DNA from: an uncultured virus (IMG/VR IMGVR_UViG_3300046336_000146)
Taxonomy: Duplodnaviria > Heunggongvirae > Uroviricota > Caudoviricetes
Virus record (IMG/VR): IMGVR_UViG_3300046336_000146
Length of the DNA stretch: 64,000 bases
Strand: one strand, 5' to 3'
In this document: piece by piece, positions 10,665 to 21,599 of the stretch
How the letters are laid out: each line of letters opens with the position of its first letter
Numbering within the stretch: position 1 is the stretch's first letter
Program-made: the position numbers and the translations under genes
The notes under the pieces: model-generated
What the model was told of the DNA's origin: nothing
Seen by the model: only the letters and a program-made list of their open reading frames with translations
Databases searched by the model: none

Positions 10665-11789
10665 TTATTTGTTAAACGTGTTTGCTGCTATATCTTCTAA
10701 AGTACTGTTATTAGACTGCTTGTACTCTTTTTTCTTGTTAGTGTTAATAACAATTGAAGATCTAATTATTTCTTTTTTTGCTTCTGTGATTTTTTTGCCA
10801 CTAATCCATTTTTCAAATTCTTGTGGGTTGTTTAGAAGAAAATTTACTTTGGCATATAAATCTGGGTCCTTTTGTTGTGCTTCAAAATATAACTTATCTG
10901 TGTTGGTAATTTTAAGCTCATCTTGTTTTGTTGCATTCTCAACTAATACTTTTTGAATATTGTCTGGAATACCGAAAGATTTATATGTAGAAGCTATTGT
11001 TTTTTTGAAATTTTTATAAGCTTCTCTCTCTTGTTCTAATCTTTGTAATTCGTAGTTCTTACGCTGTTCTATTGCGTTATTATGTAATGTCAAATGTCCG
11101 TCAATAATCGCTGCTGCTTCAGATTCAATTACTCCACTTTCAATAAAGTCTTCAATTTGAGCTTGAACTACTTTTTGTGAAAGACCCCTATTGTATAAAT
11201 CTTGTGCTACAATGTTTACAGCTACTTGTTCTTTCTCAGTATCTTCAACTTCATATCCGTTCAAGATATTTTTTAATTCAGTAAGTTGGTCAATAGCCTG
11301 AACATTCTCTCTTAATATTTCTGTAATATCCCCTCCAGCTTTTCTAATTTCAATAAGCTTTTGAGTTGTTTCATCTAAACCTTCTTTAGAAATATAGTCT
11401 TGCTCTTTAGATTTAGCTTTTTCAGCTTTTATATTTTCTAAGATGGTTTGATAAGTCTCCTTATCCTGAATGTCCATCTCTGACAAAAATACTTCATTGT
11501 CATCTACCGTAATGGATATATCTTCTAAAAATCCATCCTCTATAAGATTTTTGATTTTTTCAGAATATTTTGTAACTGTTTTTGTTTCCTCTACTGATGG
11601 GGGGTTATTCGTTTGTTGACTTTGTTGTAAGTCTTCCACAGTAGGTGTTACTATAGTAGGTTGTGTGATATCCTGAGGTGTTTCTAAAACTGCAATCTCT
11701 TCTTGTTTTTCTCCGAATGTTTTTGATGCTATCTCATCTAAAGAAAGCATTTGGGGTGGTTGTTGTTGTGTTGTCATTTTACTGTGCAA
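10665..11789 (-). CDS. Putative scaffold protein
   Basis: 374 aa, acidic and helical, between portal and MCP. Confidence 0.55.
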   Translation of the reverse strand: MHSKMTTQQQPPQMLSLDEIASKTFGEKQEEIAVLETPQDITQPTIVTPTVEDLQQSQQTNNPPSVEETKTVTKYSEKIKNLIEDGFLEDISITVDDNEVFLSEMDIQDKETYQTILENIKAEKAKSKEQDYISKEGLDETTQKLIEIRKAGGDITEILRENVQAIDQLTELKNILNGYEVEDTEKEQVAVNIVAQDLYNRGLSQKVVQAQIEDFIESGVIESEAAAIIDGHLTLHNNAIEQRKNYELQRLEQEREAYKNFKKTIASTYKSFGIPDNIQKVLVENATKQDELKITNTDKLYFEAQQKDPDLYAKVNFLLNNPQEFEKWISGKKITEAKKEIIRSSIVINTNKKKEYKQSNNSTLEDIAANTFNK

Positions 11790-11887
11790 ATTTAAAGATA
11801 AGGTTTGAATTATAAAAAAAGTGTATCTTAATTGTTAATTTTATTTAAATTTATTATAGTTTACAAATTTTGTAAAAATATTTTTTG

Positions 11888-14698
11888 TTAATTTTTGTTA
11901 CTCAAAGCTATGAACTCATCTGAAGCAATTTTCTTCTCTTTTAACGCTAGTTCTTGCTGCTTCGCTTTTAATTTTTCTTGTTCTAATTTTTCCGTGGTTT
12001 TATCCATATTCATCTTTCTAGCTATTTCTTTCATTCTGTATTCTCCGTCTTGAATAATAGCGGTATTCTTTAACTCTCTGTCATAAATGCTCAAGATATC
12101 TCCTATGTTATCTTCCTTGGTTGATGCAGAGTCCCTTCCTAATGCAGTTAAAAGTTCCGCTTTATAGTTCCACTCTCCTTTTAAATTAGTGAGATTTACT
12201 TCATGATCTCTCTCTGCTTTTTTATCAGTAGCGTTTGCTTCTAAGGCTTTTGTCTGTTGACTATCTTGGAAAGAGCGTTCTTCTTGTTGCATTTTTGTAG
12301 TTCTTGCTCTCATATCTCTTGCAATTTGACGAAGTTTTAAAGAGTAAGGATTAGTTACAATTTCAACAATATCAGAGAAATCTTTTTGTATTGTATTATC
12401 AGACATTAACATATCTTGTAAATAACGCACAATTGGTCGGTCTTTTGCACTAGATGCGGAAGCTACTCCTATTTTTCTAAGTGGGAAGTATTCTCCATCT
12501 TCGGCCATGATATCAATAAAGACATTCATTCCATCAGAATTAGTCATTCTGTTATTAGTTTTACCACTAGATTCTGCAATTTGAGCCACGGCAATATGTA
12601 ACTCATTAGCCATAGATTTAGAAGATATAAAATCATCTAATAGAGAAGTTATAAGGGCACTTGTATATACTGCATTTTGCTTTGCTCCTGTAGCTGTTTC
12701 GAAATTCATAGACTGTCCAAGGAGTTGGCCTGTGACTCCAAGTTGTGAAAAGGCTTGTTGTTTAAAGTATTCAGCCATTTGTTGTCTATACTGAACTTGA
12801 CTTGCAAACACTACCTCATTTCTTTGAAATACATTAGGGTATGCTACATTTCCTTCCATATTAGACCTTGAAAGATTTAAAGGCAAGAACTTGGTAAGTT
12901 TTACTGTGTCTAGCATACTAAACAATGCTTCTTCCGTTTCTTGGTCCTCTTTATATTCTGAAGGAATTGCGTTAACGTCTAAAGAGAAAAATGTCCCTGG
13001 TTCGTCTGCCATCAACTCTGAAATTTGGTTTAGGCATACATTGTATAGCTGTTGGTATGGTAGTGCTTTTATTATAGGAGCTTTTCCAATATATCCTCCA
13101 ACAGGTTTTAAGGTTTGAAAATAATTTGACTTCCCTGTTATTTGATACTCCATAGCTTCTCCTCCAAGTATCATATCTTCTTTCATAGGAAAAGAGCTTC
13201 CGCTTTTTATAAGTACGGCGTAGTATGTTTTCGGTAAATGGTGCCAAGATATTGTACCTACGTACTCTTCAAGATTCTCTTTTCTTAGAGCTTCTTCCAT
13301 TTCACTAAGAGATACATTATTTTTAATTTTAATGTCATTATCTTTAATGAAATCCTCCATCAAGTCTTCTGTAACTTGCTTTAAATCTATTACGCCTAAA
13401 TCATTTTTATAGATTAAAATACCTGTTCTTTCAAATGAGGTCCAATAAACTTCCATTACCTCTATTTGAGAATTTGATACTCTAATGTCATTTCTGTAAT
13501 GTTTTGAAAAATTTCTTCCTAATTCTGCAGTTACTGACCCTGCCCTTGGCATCCAATGTCTTTCTATAGAACCGTCTTCGTGCATTGTTTGGGCTAAAGG
13601 TGCTCCTAAAAAACCTTCCATTTGAAGGTTTGTCTGGTGGTCAAAGTAGTTATGAAAAGGTGCTATATAGTTTGTTGCGAAAGGTCTTCCTGACTCTCCA
13701 CCTAACTTGCTTTCTAGATTAACCCCTTCTTTTTTATAATCTCCCTTATTATCCCAGTAATTTCCTATTAACTCCTGCTGTTTTGTAGTCATAAGATGAC
13801 CATACTTTGAGATTACATCTGTTATTGACATTGCGGTTAATCTTCCTATATACTCACAATGTTGGGGGAATTCTGTATTAGAGTTCTCAGAAAAGAATAC
13901 TTCTTCTGGATTCCAATCTTCAATGTCATAATAGTCATATCCTACTCTGTAGTGTCTAAACCATCTGCCAGTTCTTATGTAATCTGTTAATCTATTCTTA
14001 TCTCTAGTTATTAAATTGAAATGGCTCGGTTTTGCATCTCTAACTAAAACGTGATTGGCCCACTCTGTTGCTATAACTTTAAAGTTTTTAGCTAAGTCTC
14101 CCTCTATATCCTCTTTATTTATTTTTTCAATCTCTGCCTCTATTTGCTGAACATATTGTTGTTGCTCTTCCTCTGATTGAAAATCTCTTTTATCCGGGTC
14201 TAAGCCTGCCTCTATTAAAGTTTTTTTAACTAATAAATCGATGATTTTTTGCATGTTTCCATGCAATCTTTTTGTTTTCTCTTCTATGTACTGGTTTGTA
14301 AAAATCTCATCAGTAGTCTCTGCTTTGTATTGGTCATCCAATTCTCCAAAAACAGACTCTATAGCATGCACCATCATACCTAGAATATCAAAATTCTTAA
14401 GGTGTGTTGGCAGTCCTACATCATTAGTTAATTTTTTTAGCTGTTGCGCTTCATCCCCGTATAAAGACTTCTCTAAATCTACACTTCGAACTACAAAATC
14501 TCCTTCGGTCATTCTTTTTATATCAATAAAAATTAAATTTCTTCTTATTTGATTTAAAGCTTTAGTGTATAAACTGTCTAAGGTGTTTCTTTTCCACCTG
14601 TCTGTTTTTTTTATTTTTTTGGAATCCATTTGGTACGGAAGAGCGTCTCCACTATTTGCGGTTCCTGCTATACCAAGGAAATTATTATATTCAGGCAT
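11888..14698 (-). CDS. Portal protein (crAss-like)
   Basis: 936 aa next to terminase; PYQQLYN motif; long C-terminal coiled coil. Confidence 0.75.
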   Translation of the reverse strand: MPEYNNFLGIAGTANSGDALPYQMDSKKIKKTDRWKRNTLDSLYTKALNQIRRNLIFIDIKRMTEGDFVVRSVDLEKSLYGDEAQQLKKLTNDVGLPTHLKNFDILGMMVHAIESVFGELDDQYKAETTDEIFTNQYIEEKTKRLHGNMQKIIDLLVKKTLIEAGLDPDKRDFQSEEEQQQYVQQIEAEIEKINKEDIEGDLAKNFKVIATEWANHVLVRDAKPSHFNLITRDKNRLTDYIRTGRWFRHYRVGYDYYDIEDWNPEEVFFSENSNTEFPQHCEYIGRLTAMSITDVISKYGHLMTTKQQELIGNYWDNKGDYKKEGVNLESKLGGESGRPFATNYIAPFHNYFDHQTNLQMEGFLGAPLAQTMHEDGSIERHWMPRAGSVTAELGRNFSKHYRNDIRVSNSQIEVMEVYWTSFERTGILIYKNDLGVIDLKQVTEDLMEDFIKDNDIKIKNNVSLSEMEEALRKENLEEYVGTISWHHLPKTYYAVLIKSGSSFPMKEDMILGGEAMEYQITGKSNYFQTLKPVGGYIGKAPIIKALPYQQLYNVCLNQISELMADEPGTFFSLDVNAIPSEYKEDQETEEALFSMLDTVKLTKFLPLNLSRSNMEGNVAYPNVFQRNEVVFASQVQYRQQMAEYFKQQAFSQLGVTGQLLGQSMNFETATGAKQNAVYTSALITSLLDDFISSKSMANELHIAVAQIAESSGKTNNRMTNSDGMNVFIDIMAEDGEYFPLRKIGVASASSAKDRPIVRYLQDMLMSDNTIQKDFSDIVEIVTNPYSLKLRQIARDMRARTTKMQQEERSFQDSQQTKALEANATDKKAERDHEVNLTNLKGEWNYKAELLTALGRDSASTKEDNIGDILSIYDRELKNTAIIQDGEYRMKEIARKMNMDKTTEKLEQEKLKAKQQELALKEKKIASDEFIALSNKN

Positions 14699-14768
14699 TT
14701 TTTGAGATTTAATTTACAAAATTACAACATATTAAATGTTTTTGCAAAAAGTGTATATTGGGTGTAAA

Positions 14769-17411
14769 CTATCTTCTTCTCAGTGAGAAAGTGTTTGTTC
14801 TTCTGTTTTTATTAAAATGATTAACTTTTCTCTGTTCTTTAAAAGTAGGTTTGTCATCATAGTCCTCTGTTTTTTTAAACATAGTTGGTTTCCACATATT
14901 AGAGACTCTTAAATAATGTGCATAGCCATAACATCCCATTGCTGAAGTTATTCGGTCAACGTTTAAGTTTTCATTCCACATTATAATTTCATCTAATAGC
15001 CCTATATCATCTATAAGTTGTACCCCTTTTAGATACCTAATAGACCCGTCTTCTTGCTCTATTTCAAACACTTGGTTACACTCCTCTACAAATAAATCAA
15101 AAAGAAATTTTTTAGATGTTTGAGGGTTCCAACCTGTCTTTCTTTTACCATTGTTTGGTATATTAAAACTTGCTGTAAAATCTAAACCTGGGGCCAAATA
15201 TTTTTCAGATAGTTGTCTCTTGTCTAGAAAAGTTTTAATTTCATAGTTAAAATTCTCACCAAAAGATGTTTGTGTTAAGTTATAGGCTTCCATTAATAAA
15301 AGCCATTTTTCCCAAACTTCTGTGTGGCGCTCTGGTCTGAAGGATAAACTAGCTACAATCTTATTTGAAAACGGGTCTCCTACAATCTCATTTTTCCTAA
15401 CATAGAATGTGGCTAAGGAAGCAGTATCTGAATCATCACTGGCATAATCATCAAAACCTCCTGTATACATACCAAATTTTGGTTTTTCTTTCGGTAGGTC
15501 CTCTAGTATTAAAAATGGTGCATCTATTGTACCACCTTTATGAGGAAATACTGCTAATTGTTTTCTAGAAGGTATTTGTACAATCTTACCTTCTGAATCT
15601 CTAACAAGTTCAAACCTTCTATCCCAAAGACCTGTTTCTAGTAAGTATTCTTTGTGTAATTTAGCCTCTTCTACTGGAAACCTGTTTTGTTTTCCAGACA
15701 TGAAAATTTCAGAAGGTTTTATTGGTATATACACAATTTCCTTCATGTGAGCTATTTTATTACTCTCTACTTTTTTTCTATTATTACTAATTCTTTCTAG
15801 CGCCTTACCCCAATCTGTTACTCTTAACTTTACACAGCTTAGTTTTTCTGATTTTATTCCTACATAGTCTGCAAGATTACTTTCTATTTTTGGCATGTCA
15901 ACACACATTTGCCCTGGGATAAATGTCCCAAAAGGTCTGAGCTTATCTTCCTGCCAAGTAATATGTTCAGGAGCTACCCCTCTCTCTAACAACTCCCAAT
16001 TCATAGATAAAACATCATTTCCTTCGGGGTCCGATAATACAGTATTACCATCTGCTGATAGGGCTTCATCTCCACCAGTTCCTGTGAGAAGTCCTACTGT
16101 TCTTATAGCTCCATCTTTACCTTTTAATGCGGGTTTTAGTCCTTGTAGAACGTTTATAAATTTACTTTTCAGTGCCTCATCATATAAAAATTCATCAATA
16201 GTATACCCAGCCAATACCTCCACGTTGTTACCTGAATCGGTGTTTACCACATGTACAGTTGATAATAAAATTGTTTTATTAGCTTTTGTTTTTAAACCGA
16301 TTTCAATCTTATCTTTCCAATCATTAGCTACATTAAATACTACAAATGCATCTGTTTTGTTTTGAATATCAATTTTGAAATTCTTAGTTATCTGATTTAA
16401 ATCTCTTGTTGATCCTCCAGCACATAATATCTCTCTCTTACCAACTAATACAGCATGTCCAATTTTAGAACTCTCAAGAGTTGTTTTAGCAATACGTCGC
16501 GAAGCTGCCACAAACATAAACATTTTTTTATCTTTTTTGGCGTTTTCATAGTTTTCGAATAGAATAATCTCAGAATCCCTTAAAGGTGGATTCATTATAA
16601 CATCTGTTGATTCTTCTATACCACTATACTTATTAACTACTGTTGTAGGTATAGGAGTCATAAAAAAATTCATGTGGTAATACATCCAACCTGATATGTA
16701 GTATCCGTCTACTATAATTCCGTTTTTAATTTTTTTCAGCTCTTTCCAATAATAATCAAATGTTTTCGGGTTCTGTTGCCAAAAATGCTTACTCTTATCC
16801 CACACAGGTGGATTCTTAGTGTATATATGAAAATTGTCTCCTGGCTCTTCGTCAAGATTAAGATTCATTTTATTAATCTTATCTTGCACTTCAGGGTACA
16901 ATCTTGTAATAACATCAAACATTGCCAAAGGAGCTTTTGTATTGTTTAAAAACTCTATTCCTTCTGTTTGGTCTTCGTCGTCTTGGATGTTAAGTGCTGT
17001 TATTTGATCGTCTATTGAAGATACCTCATTATATAAATGTTGGTGAAAGGCTACTTCATGTGCTCTTAAATCTGTTGTTTCTATCTCTTCTAGTTTAGAA
17101 GAATATGTGTAATCTTCTGCCCTTTCTATATGTACATCTATAACAGCTAAAGCGTCTTTTATAAATGTTTTTGCTATTTTTAGTTTATAGTCGTTTCCTG
17201 ATTTTTGTACAAATCTTTTTAGGCGGCCTATCATAGTTTTAACTAGGCTGTTTTGTATATCAAATTCCGCTTTTCTTATTTCTACATAAGTCTTAGGTTT
17301 ACCCTCTCCGTCCCATTTTAACTCTCTCCAGTCATTTTCTAAAATATACTTTTTAAACTTTAGAAAATGAGGACGATTTTTCTTAATTGTATTTTTAATA
17401 TATTCGCTCAT
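14769..17411 (-). CDS. terL: Terminase large subunit with N-terminal extension
   Basis: ASRRIAKT Walker A-like, FLYDEA Walker B, TGTGG coupling motif, GGFDDY nuclease motif, NVDR near the C-terminus. Confidence 0.8.
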   Translation of the reverse strand: MSEYIKNTIKKNRPHFLKFKKYILENDWRELKWDGEGKPKTYVEIRKAEFDIQNSLVKTMIGRLKRFVQKSGNDYKLKIAKTFIKDALAVIDVHIERAEDYTYSSKLEEIETTDLRAHEVAFHQHLYNEVSSIDDQITALNIQDDEDQTEGIEFLNNTKAPLAMFDVITRLYPEVQDKINKMNLNLDEEPGDNFHIYTKNPPVWDKSKHFWQQNPKTFDYYWKELKKIKNGIIVDGYYISGWMYYHMNFFMTPIPTTVVNKYSGIEESTDVIMNPPLRDSEIILFENYENAKKDKKMFMFVAASRRIAKTTLESSKIGHAVLVGKREILCAGGSTRDLNQITKNFKIDIQNKTDAFVVFNVANDWKDKIEIGLKTKANKTILLSTVHVVNTDSGNNVEVLAGYTIDEFLYDEALKSKFINVLQGLKPALKGKDGAIRTVGLLTGTGGDEALSADGNTVLSDPEGNDVLSMNWELLERGVAPEHITWQEDKLRPFGTFIPGQMCVDMPKIESNLADYVGIKSEKLSCVKLRVTDWGKALERISNNRKKVESNKIAHMKEIVYIPIKPSEIFMSGKQNRFPVEEAKLHKEYLLETGLWDRRFELVRDSEGKIVQIPSRKQLAVFPHKGGTIDAPFLILEDLPKEKPKFGMYTGGFDDYASDDSDTASLATFYVRKNEIVGDPFSNKIVASLSFRPERHTEVWEKWLLLMEAYNLTQTSFGENFNYEIKTFLDKRQLSEKYLAPGLDFTASFNIPNNGKRKTGWNPQTSKKFLFDLFVEECNQVFEIEQEDGSIRYLKGVQLIDDIGLLDEIIMWNENLNVDRITSAMGCYGYAHYLRVSNMWKPTMFKKTEDYDDKPTFKEQRKVNHFNKNRRTNTFSLRRR

Positions 17412-18573
17412 CTCCTAAATTTATTATTTCTTGTGTGGGTAAAGTTATTTTATAACATTCTGTGTATCCTGCAAACCATATTTCAGGTTTATGTCTATAA
17501 GATTTATACTTTCTGTGCAGTTCATTTTCCAAATCATAAATATATCCTGCTTCTCCATAGTGTAGGTGTACTACTTTAAACCCGTAAGGTAAGTTCCCCT
17601 TAGTGAATCTTTTATTTAATTCTAAAAAAGTTTTTCCTATTTTAAAAAACTGTTCTCTTTCTATATCACACTTTATTAAGTATACACAAGCTGTTCTTCC
17701 GTTGGCTTTTTTTATATATCCACTCTTAGTATATCCACAAGAACCCTGTCTGCCTATTAAACTTTTACTAATATTTTCAGATAAACACTTTCTACAACAG
17801 CCTCCAAAAATATGATTCACTGGGTATTGGTCAAAATAAACATCGTGTACATTGCATTTTATTGTAACTTTTTCTTTACATGACTTATAAACAGTGTACG
17901 TATAGTCACACTTATCACCATGGACCTCTTTTGCTTGTTTTATAAAATCTTCAGTTGTTTTTGATCTAACTCTCCTATAATTTATAGCGCTGCATTTTGG
18001 ACAATCTACTCCATTAAAATGATTCCTCATGGAAACTGTAAAAACTCCGTGTTCTTTACAAACTACATCTATATTTCCTCTCGAATTTCCTACTATTGTG
18101 TTATCGTAGTTGTTTTTATCTCCGTATAACTTGTAAACTTCCTCTAAAAACATTTCTTTATCTGTGGACCTTGTTTTCTTTTCCCTTTTTACTAGATAGA
18201 CTTTTTTGTTTAATAAACTAATAGGAGTCACTTTAAGGATACCTCTTTCTTTGCAAACTATAGATACTGGAGTTCTTTTATTAATATATTCAACTAAACT
18301 GAGGTCATATTTATCTCCATATATTTCTTGCACTTCTTCTATAAACTGTTCCTTACTCTTTCTAGCTTTTTTTATTTGGTCTTCTCTACCGCATTTAGGA
18401 CAATTTGCTCTGTAATGTATTTTTGGAGTTTGTAGAAATGGTCCGTGTTTTTCACATGAAATTTCTACTTCCGTTGTACTGTTAAAATATTCTACTTTTG
18501 AATAATCATATCTATTGCCATGGACTAACATAGCTTTTTCAATAAATTCTTCTGTTGTTGGCTTCTTTGACAT
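17395..18573 (-). CDS. Putative homing endonuclease (repeated CxxH..CxxC modules plus GIY-YIG-like C-terminus)
   Basis: Repeated YDYSKVEY..CEKHG..CPKC units; VYLIK..FKIGKT..GYTEC. Confidence 0.7.
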   Translation of the reverse strand: MSKKPTTEEFIEKAMLVHGNRYDYSKVEYFNSTTEVEISCEKHGPFLQTPKIHYRANCPKCGREDQIKKARKSKEQFIEEVQEIYGDKYDLSLVEYINKRTPVSIVCKERGILKVTPISLLNKKVYLVKREKKTRSTDKEMFLEEVYKLYGDKNNYDNTIVGNSRGNIDVVCKEHGVFTVSMRNHFNGVDCPKCSAINYRRVRSKTTEDFIKQAKEVHGDKCDYTYTVYKSCKEKVTIKCNVHDVYFDQYPVNHIFGGCCRKCLSENISKSLIGRQGSCGYTKSGYIKKANGRTACVYLIKCDIEREQFFKIGKTFLELNKRFTKGNLPYGFKVVHLHYGEAGYIYDLENELHRKYKSYRHKPEIWFAGYTECYKITLPTQEIINLGDERIY

Positions 18574-18655
18574 ATATAAACATTAAAGCCCCTTACATTT
18601 AGTAAAGAGCTGTTCTTTAGACTGTATCGCGTCTTCAATTTTTGCATCCATTTAA

Positions 18656-19075
18656 CTATAATGGTTCGTTTACTTTACTCAATAGCATACTTCCTTTAAT
18701 ATAATCCTCTTTGTATGTATTGTATGCTTTTTCATCTAAAATTTTTTTATCTTGACCCAATATGGCAAAATTACATTTAACATCAAAACCTTCTACTAAA
18801 TCTAAAATCTCTTTAGGTACTTCTACTAAATCTTTTACCAAGTTTAATTCATGAAACAGCTTAGTTCTGTGGATTAATAAATCTTTAAATAACAACTCTT
18901 TCTCTGCAAATACATCAAAATAGTAAGAATATAAATCTTCTCCAGAAAGAGATAGACTTTTGTTTGCTACTTCATCTCTTTTAGCGTCCATTTTTTTTAC
19001 CTCTTCTTCAAAAAAACTTTTGTATGTAAGATATTCTTTTGCAGTTTGTTCTATTTTTGATTGTAATGGATTCAT
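18656..19075 (-). CDS. Hypothetical protein
   Basis: 139-aa ORF in operon. Confidence 0.55.
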   Translation of the reverse strand: MNPLQSKIEQTAKEYLTYKSFFEEEVKKMDAKRDEVANKSLSLSGEDLYSYYFDVFAEKELLFKDLLIHRTKLFHELNLVKDLVEVPKEILDLVEGFDVKCNFAILGQDKKILDEKAYNTYKEDYIKGSMLLSKVNEPL

Positions 19076-19077
19076 AA

Positions 19078-20664
19078 TTAAAGTTCTATTGATTGAGGGA
19101 AGGTTACGATAGTCCCTATATTAAACATTTGTATAGCGCGTTCTGTTGAAGACTCTAATGCTATCCTAATTGATTTTTTTGAGTCAATTACACCATCCTC
19201 AATAAGATTTGAAATTTCATCGGTAGAGGCATTATAACCCCACCCATAACTATCTCTTGCTGATTTTAAGTAATCTTTTCTTAAAAAATGCCACCACTCT
19301 GTTTTTGTTTTTCTATTAGCATTTTCAAGAATTTTTATAAAAGGTTGATTTATTATTTTCTTAACTAGATTGTATCCCCTTTGAATCTCTCTTGTTTCTT
19401 GTACAGTGTTCATAGTATTAGAGATATGGACTAGGGTAGCTCCTCCGCCTACGATATAACCTTCTGCTTTTGAAGACTTTACAGAAGCAATTGCGTCTTC
19501 TACTCTGTCAAACTCCTCTTTTATTTGAGAAGAGTTCAGTCCACCTACTTCAATAATTACAACTTTTCCTTTTAGTCGTTTTACTCTTCTCTCGTCTTTT
19601 TTATCTACCAACTCTAATGTAGAGACTAAATCTGCAACGGCTTGAGGTGCTTCAAAAACTGAAATAGTGGTTGAACTTGATGTAGCTACAAGCTTATCTG
19701 CTAAACCTAATATAAACTCAGGCTTTTCATCTCTTGGGTTATAAACTTTAGCCCCTGTCAACAAAGCAATGTCATTTAATAAAGTCTCACTCTCATATTC
19801 ATCATAACCATTAACTGCTACAACACAGATATTACAACCTATGTTTTTTAACTTTAACATCTCTTCATTCATATCTGAGTTAGGTCTTTCTAAGAATAAA
19901 ACTAGTGGTGTTTTTCTATCTACTTTTTGATAGAAGTTTTTTATAGCCTGTACTAACTTCATATCCACTTCCCAGGTAGCTGAACAAAGTATAGATACGT
20001 TCTCAGAATCATAACTTGCTTTACTTTCTTTATTTATAAAAAAAGCTGTTGTGTATCCATGGCTGTCTAAATACATACCGTTCTGTTCTGTGAAAATAGT
20101 TTTAGGGTTGTTTGGATTTTTTACTACCTCCACTGTACCTTCTTCACCTGCTGAGTTAAAGGCTTCATATATCACCTTAGATAGTGATATGTCATTATTC
20201 ACAGAGGTCCTAATAATTAGTTCTAGTCCCTCATTTGTTATAGGTGATGATAACTCTTCTAATTTATTTTTAACTTCCTCTAAGCCTATTTTTATACCCT
20301 TTTCAACTTTCTTATTAAAGTGTTTTCTATTTAAGTTTCTGATATAGCCTTGCATAAAACATGCAGTTGTTGTTGTACTATCACCTGATTTTTGTAAAGT
20401 TACCGCAGCTCCTGCAATAGCTTGTAATACACCGAAGTTTTCTACTTTATTTGCTTTTCTAATATGTTGCATTACAGTTACCCCGTCTTTTGTAGGTTCT
20501 GGAGGTAAATTAGTATTCGTATTTTCCGTTAACGCTAATTTACCTTCCGCTCCTAAAGTTGTTACTACAACATCACACGCTTCTAAAAAACCTTTATCTA
20601 ACCTCTTTGTATCGTTTATAAAAATATTTTGTTTATTGTTTTTATTTAAAAATGGATTTATCAT
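19078..20664 (-). CDS. groEL: Phage chaperonin GroEL-like
   Basis: TLGAEG, PTKDGVTV, GDSTTT, RVEDAI, GYIVGGGA and GVIDS motifs; 528 aa. Confidence 0.9.
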   Translation of the reverse strand: MINPFLNKNNKQNIFINDTKRLDKGFLEACDVVVTTLGAEGKLALTENTNTNLPPEPTKDGVTVMQHIRKANKVENFGVLQAIAGAAVTLQKSGDSTTTTACFMQGYIRNLNRKHFNKKVEKGIKIGLEEVKNKLEELSSPITNEGLELIIRTSVNNDISLSKVIYEAFNSAGEEGTVEVVKNPNNPKTIFTEQNGMYLDSHGYTTAFFINKESKASYDSENVSILCSATWEVDMKLVQAIKNFYQKVDRKTPLVLFLERPNSDMNEEMLKLKNIGCNICVVAVNGYDEYESETLLNDIALLTGAKVYNPRDEKPEFILGLADKLVATSSSTTISVFEAPQAVADLVSTLELVDKKDERRVKRLKGKVVIIEVGGLNSSQIKEEFDRVEDAIASVKSSKAEGYIVGGGATLVHISNTMNTVQETREIQRGYNLVKKIINQPFIKILENANRKTKTEWWHFLRKDYLKSARDSYGWGYNASTDEISNLIEDGVIDSKKSIRIALESSTERAIQMFNIGTIVTFPQSIEL

Positions 20665-20667
20665 TTT

Positions 20668-20913
20668 TTATTTTTGTTTTAAAAATTCTTTTTTGAAGTC
20701 TTCATCTGGAAGTTCGTCTTTATAATAATCTTTTGTGTTAATTAAAAGCATTAAAGTGTTATAAAGCTCTTCGTCTGACATCTCTATAAATCTTTTTTTA
20801 ACTGTTTTTTCAATTTGGGCCAACTTTTGTCCAAACGTGAATTCATCTTGTATACTTAAATATTTTGGTAAGTTTAAATATATTTGTCCACTATACTCTA
20901 CTTTTACAGACAT
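20668..20913 (-). CDS. Hypothetical protein
   Basis: 81-aa ORF in operon. Confidence 0.5.
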   Translation of the reverse strand: MSVKVEYSGQIYLNLPKYLSIQDEFTFGQKLAQIEKTVKKRFIEMSDEELYNTLMLLINTKDYYKDELPDEDFKKEFLKQK

Positions 20914-21209
20914 GTCCCTTTTATTTTTATGTTAAAACTTACTCCGTCAGCACTACAAGTCATAGTTTTAGAAAAACTACTTACACAATCATTATACTTA
21001 ACCCTGACTTTTGCAGAAGTAGTTGTTAATACCTCTTTCTCCACTACTGTGCATCCACAAGTTGGTTTGACATTTAGAGTAGAGGAGTTTTTTAAATCTT
21101 CAAACGTTAAGTTTGTAGTGGTGTCATCTCCCTTTTTTATCATACCAAGATTTAAAATGTAGCTCTCTCCTTCCTGGTATATCATGTATTTATCTGTTGT
21201 TATTTTCAT
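20904..21209 (-). CDS. DUF1573-like Ig-fold protein
   Basis: VKPTCGCTV and FSKTMT resemble the DUF1573 signature. Confidence 0.5.
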   Translation of the reverse strand: MKITTDKYMIYQEGESYILNLGMIKKGDDTTTNLTFEDLKNSSTLNVKPTCGCTVVEKEVLTTTSAKVRVKYNDCVSSFSKTMTCSADGVSFNIKIKGTCL

Positions 21210-21215
21210 GCTATG

Positions 21216-21599
21216 TTACTTATTTAAATAATTTTGTCTTGTGTTTATACTTATTCTATTTTCTCTAACTCTTAAAGTTGTGCCTTCTTCTTTTGTTTCA
21301 ACTAAAGGTATTTCCCACATATTTTTAGGACATACCTCTTCTTCTTCTGAAGTCTTAAAATAAATAGAACAAGCTTGGCAAGCTGTGCAATTTCCTAAAA
21401 CGTCAATATCTGACTTATTCATAAGGTATGAATATAAAGAGGAGAGAGTTGCCAAAAAAAACTTGTACCAGCTAAGGGCACTTCCATTAAGGGTGTTGTG
21501 TTTACAACTCAAGCAAGTCTCTCTCCTCTTTAATATCCAATCTTTCTCTTCTGTTGTTTTTACTCTGGATAGGAGTATTGTTTTTATTTTATTTATCAT
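21216..21599 (-). CDS. Cys-rich hypothetical protein
   Basis: RETCLSC, CTACQAC, CPKNMW. Confidence 0.55.
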   Translation of the reverse strand: MINKIKTILLSRVKTTEEKDWILKRRETCLSCKHNTLNGSALSWYKFFLATLSSLYSYLMNKSDIDVLGNCTACQACSIYFKTSEEEEVCPKNMWEIPLVETKEEGTTLRVRENRISINTRQNYLNK

